Origin: an uncultured Faecalibacterium sp.
GTDB taxonomy: Bacteria > Bacillota > Clostridia > Christensenellales > CAG-917
DNA length: 64,000 nt
Direction of reading: 5' to 3'
NCBI GenBank assembly: GCA_964495385.1
Contig: CAZBVO010000006.1
Coordinates: forward strand, 8,257-72,256
Of this stretch, positions 62,997-64,000 are shown one piece after another. The notes beneath the pieces were generated by a model. That model did not search any database. It was not told the origin of the DNA and was given only the letters and a program-made list of their open reading frames with translations. Position 1 is the first letter of the stretch. Each line of letters starts with the position of its first letter. The position numbers and the translations under genes are program-made.

Positions 62997-63080
62997 GTTT
63001 TTAATTCATACAACCGTTTTGCTTGAAAAACCGAGCAAAGTATATTATAATATTTGTATATCGTTTTAAGGAGCCGAGTT

Positions 63081-63266
63081 ATGTATCTTCCGACCGATTC
63101 GTTTATGCTTTTGAGCCTCATCAACACAAAGCTTCGCGACGGGTTCGAAAATCTTGAGGAGCTGGCCTCTGCCGAGGACTTTTCCGCAGACGAAGTGAAG
63201 GCCCGTCTTCTTGAAATTGGTTACGTCTACGACGAAAAACAAAACAGATTCACTAACAACATTTAA
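63081..63266 (+). CDS. DUF4250-domain small protein
   Basis: 61 aa, MYLPTDSFMLLSLINTKLRDGFENLEELA..., matching my memory of DUF4250. AAGGAG RBS. Confidence 0.7.
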   Translation: MYLPTDSFMLLSLINTKLRDGFENLEELASAEDFSADEVKARLLEIGYVYDEKQNRFTNNI

Positions 63267-63280
63267 GGTAGGTAAAATTT

Positions 63281-64000
63281 ATGGATTTTGGCAAAGTTTT
63301 GTCCGAAGAATTCAAAATCAGGGAAGATTATTCCCGCAACATCATTTCGTTGATCGAAGAAGGCAACACCATTCCGTTCATCGCCCGTTACAGAAAGGAA
63401 ATGCACGGCACTTGCGACGATCAGGTTTTAAGAGAGTTTGCCGACAGGCTTAAGTATTTGCAGAACTTGCAAAAAAGAAAGGACGAGGTCACTTCGTCTA
63501 TCGATCAGCAGGGCAAACTGACCGACGAAATAGTTTCGGCTTTGGACAAGGCTCGCACTATGACGGAAGTGGAGGACATCTACCGTCCGTACAAACAAAA
63601 ACGCAAAACCCGTGCAAGCGTTGCCGTCGAAAAAGGCCTCAAACCGTTGGCCGACGTCATTTACGCTCAGCAACTTAAGTCGGGCGACGTGCTTAATTTG
63701 GCGGCCGATTACATCGACGAAGAAAAAGGTGTCGCAACCGCCGAAGACGCTTTGCAGGGCGCAAAAGACATCGTTGCCGAACTTATCAGCGACGACGCCT
63801 CGCTTCGCAAAACGCTCAGGCAAATTTTGGTGGACAAAGCCGTGATTTCCACCAAACTTTTGGAAGCCGAAAACAGCAAAACGTACGATATGTACGCCGA
63901 ATATTCCGAGCCTGTCCGCACAATTCCGTCTCACCGCATTTTGGCTATCAACAGAGGCGAAAAGGAAAAATGCTTGAAGGTGTCCGTGGACATTGACGAC
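63281..64000 (+). CDS. tex: Tex-like RNA-binding transcription accessory protein, 3' end runs off the window
   Basis: Absent from the ORF track (open-ended). My translation from ATG 63281 gives MDFGKVLSEEFKIREDYSRNIISLIEEGNTIPFIARYRKEMHGTCDDQVLREF...EDIYRPYKQKRKTRA, the canonical Tex N-terminus. Confidence 0.88.
   Translation, partial: MDFGKVLSEEFKIREDYSRNIISLIEEGNTIPFIARYRKEMHGTCDDQVLREFADRLKYLQNLQKRKDEVTSSIDQQGKLTDEIVSALDKARTMTEVEDIYRPYKQKRKTRASVAVEKGLKPLADVIYAQQLKSGDVLNLAADYIDEEKGVATAEDALQGAKDIVAELISDDASLRKTLRQILVDKAVISTKLLEAENSKTYDMYAEYSEPVRTIPSHRILAINRGEKEKCLKVSVDIDD

Noticed and set aside
1-64000. A search for CRISPR arrays, tRNA/rRNA genes, IS elements, integrases, toxin-antitoxin pairs and known defence-system genes.
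   Set aside because: I found no regularly spaced direct repeats, no cloverleaf-capable conserved tRNA motifs in the intergenic regions, and no transposase, recombinase or phage-like ORFs. All intergenic gaps larger than 150 nt are accounted for by promoters, terminators, the riboswitch or the NrdR operator. This was by-eye inspection only; tRNAscan or Infernal and a repeat finder would be decisive.

Overview
This 64-kb window looks like core chromosome of a Firmicutes/Clostridia-type anaerobe. The markers are spoVG, whiA, hprK, split transketolase, DUF4250, DUF5685 and class III RNR; there is no rRNA, so no finer placement is possible. I call about 60 protein genes, nearly all with clear housekeeping identities. 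They include asd-dapA-dapB, hslO, split tkt, sdaA, murC, rpmE, prmC-prfA, thrC-trpS, uvrC, hprK-murB-whiA and dnaE. Also present are an ATP-PFK plus PPi-PFK pair, nrdD/nrdG, xpt with a BMP/ABC nucleoside importer, trmO and tex. By eye I found no tRNA/rRNA genes, CRISPR arrays, transposases, integrases or phage genes. Regulatory elements readable from the sequence are a guanine-class purine riboswitch with its terminator ahead of xpt, two tandem NrdR boxes ahead of nrdD, several near-consensus sigma-A promoters and many intrinsic terminators. The most interesting signals are unusual architectures and couplings, not a defence island or mobile island. (1) A class III ribonucleotide reductase carries a fused C-terminal CxxC redoxin domain, and the overlapping downstream thioredoxin-reductase-like flavoprotein has lost both NADPH-binding motifs. 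(2) A self-contained operon pairs an Old-Yellow-Enzyme/2-enoate-reductase flavoprotein with a two-subunit aconitase-X dehydratase. (3) A RumA/RlmD-type rRNA m5U methyltransferase has a complete ASCH domain inserted in its catalytic domain. (4) DUF1385 is fused to PrmC. (5) A conserved-looking triad links DUF5685, a J-like protein with no HPD motif and a 9-Cys tail, and a membrane protein. (6) A small Gly/Cys-rich hydrophobic peptide lies divergent from an ArsR-family regulator. Very long antisense ORFs occur throughout the window and are explained as codon-usage shadows.
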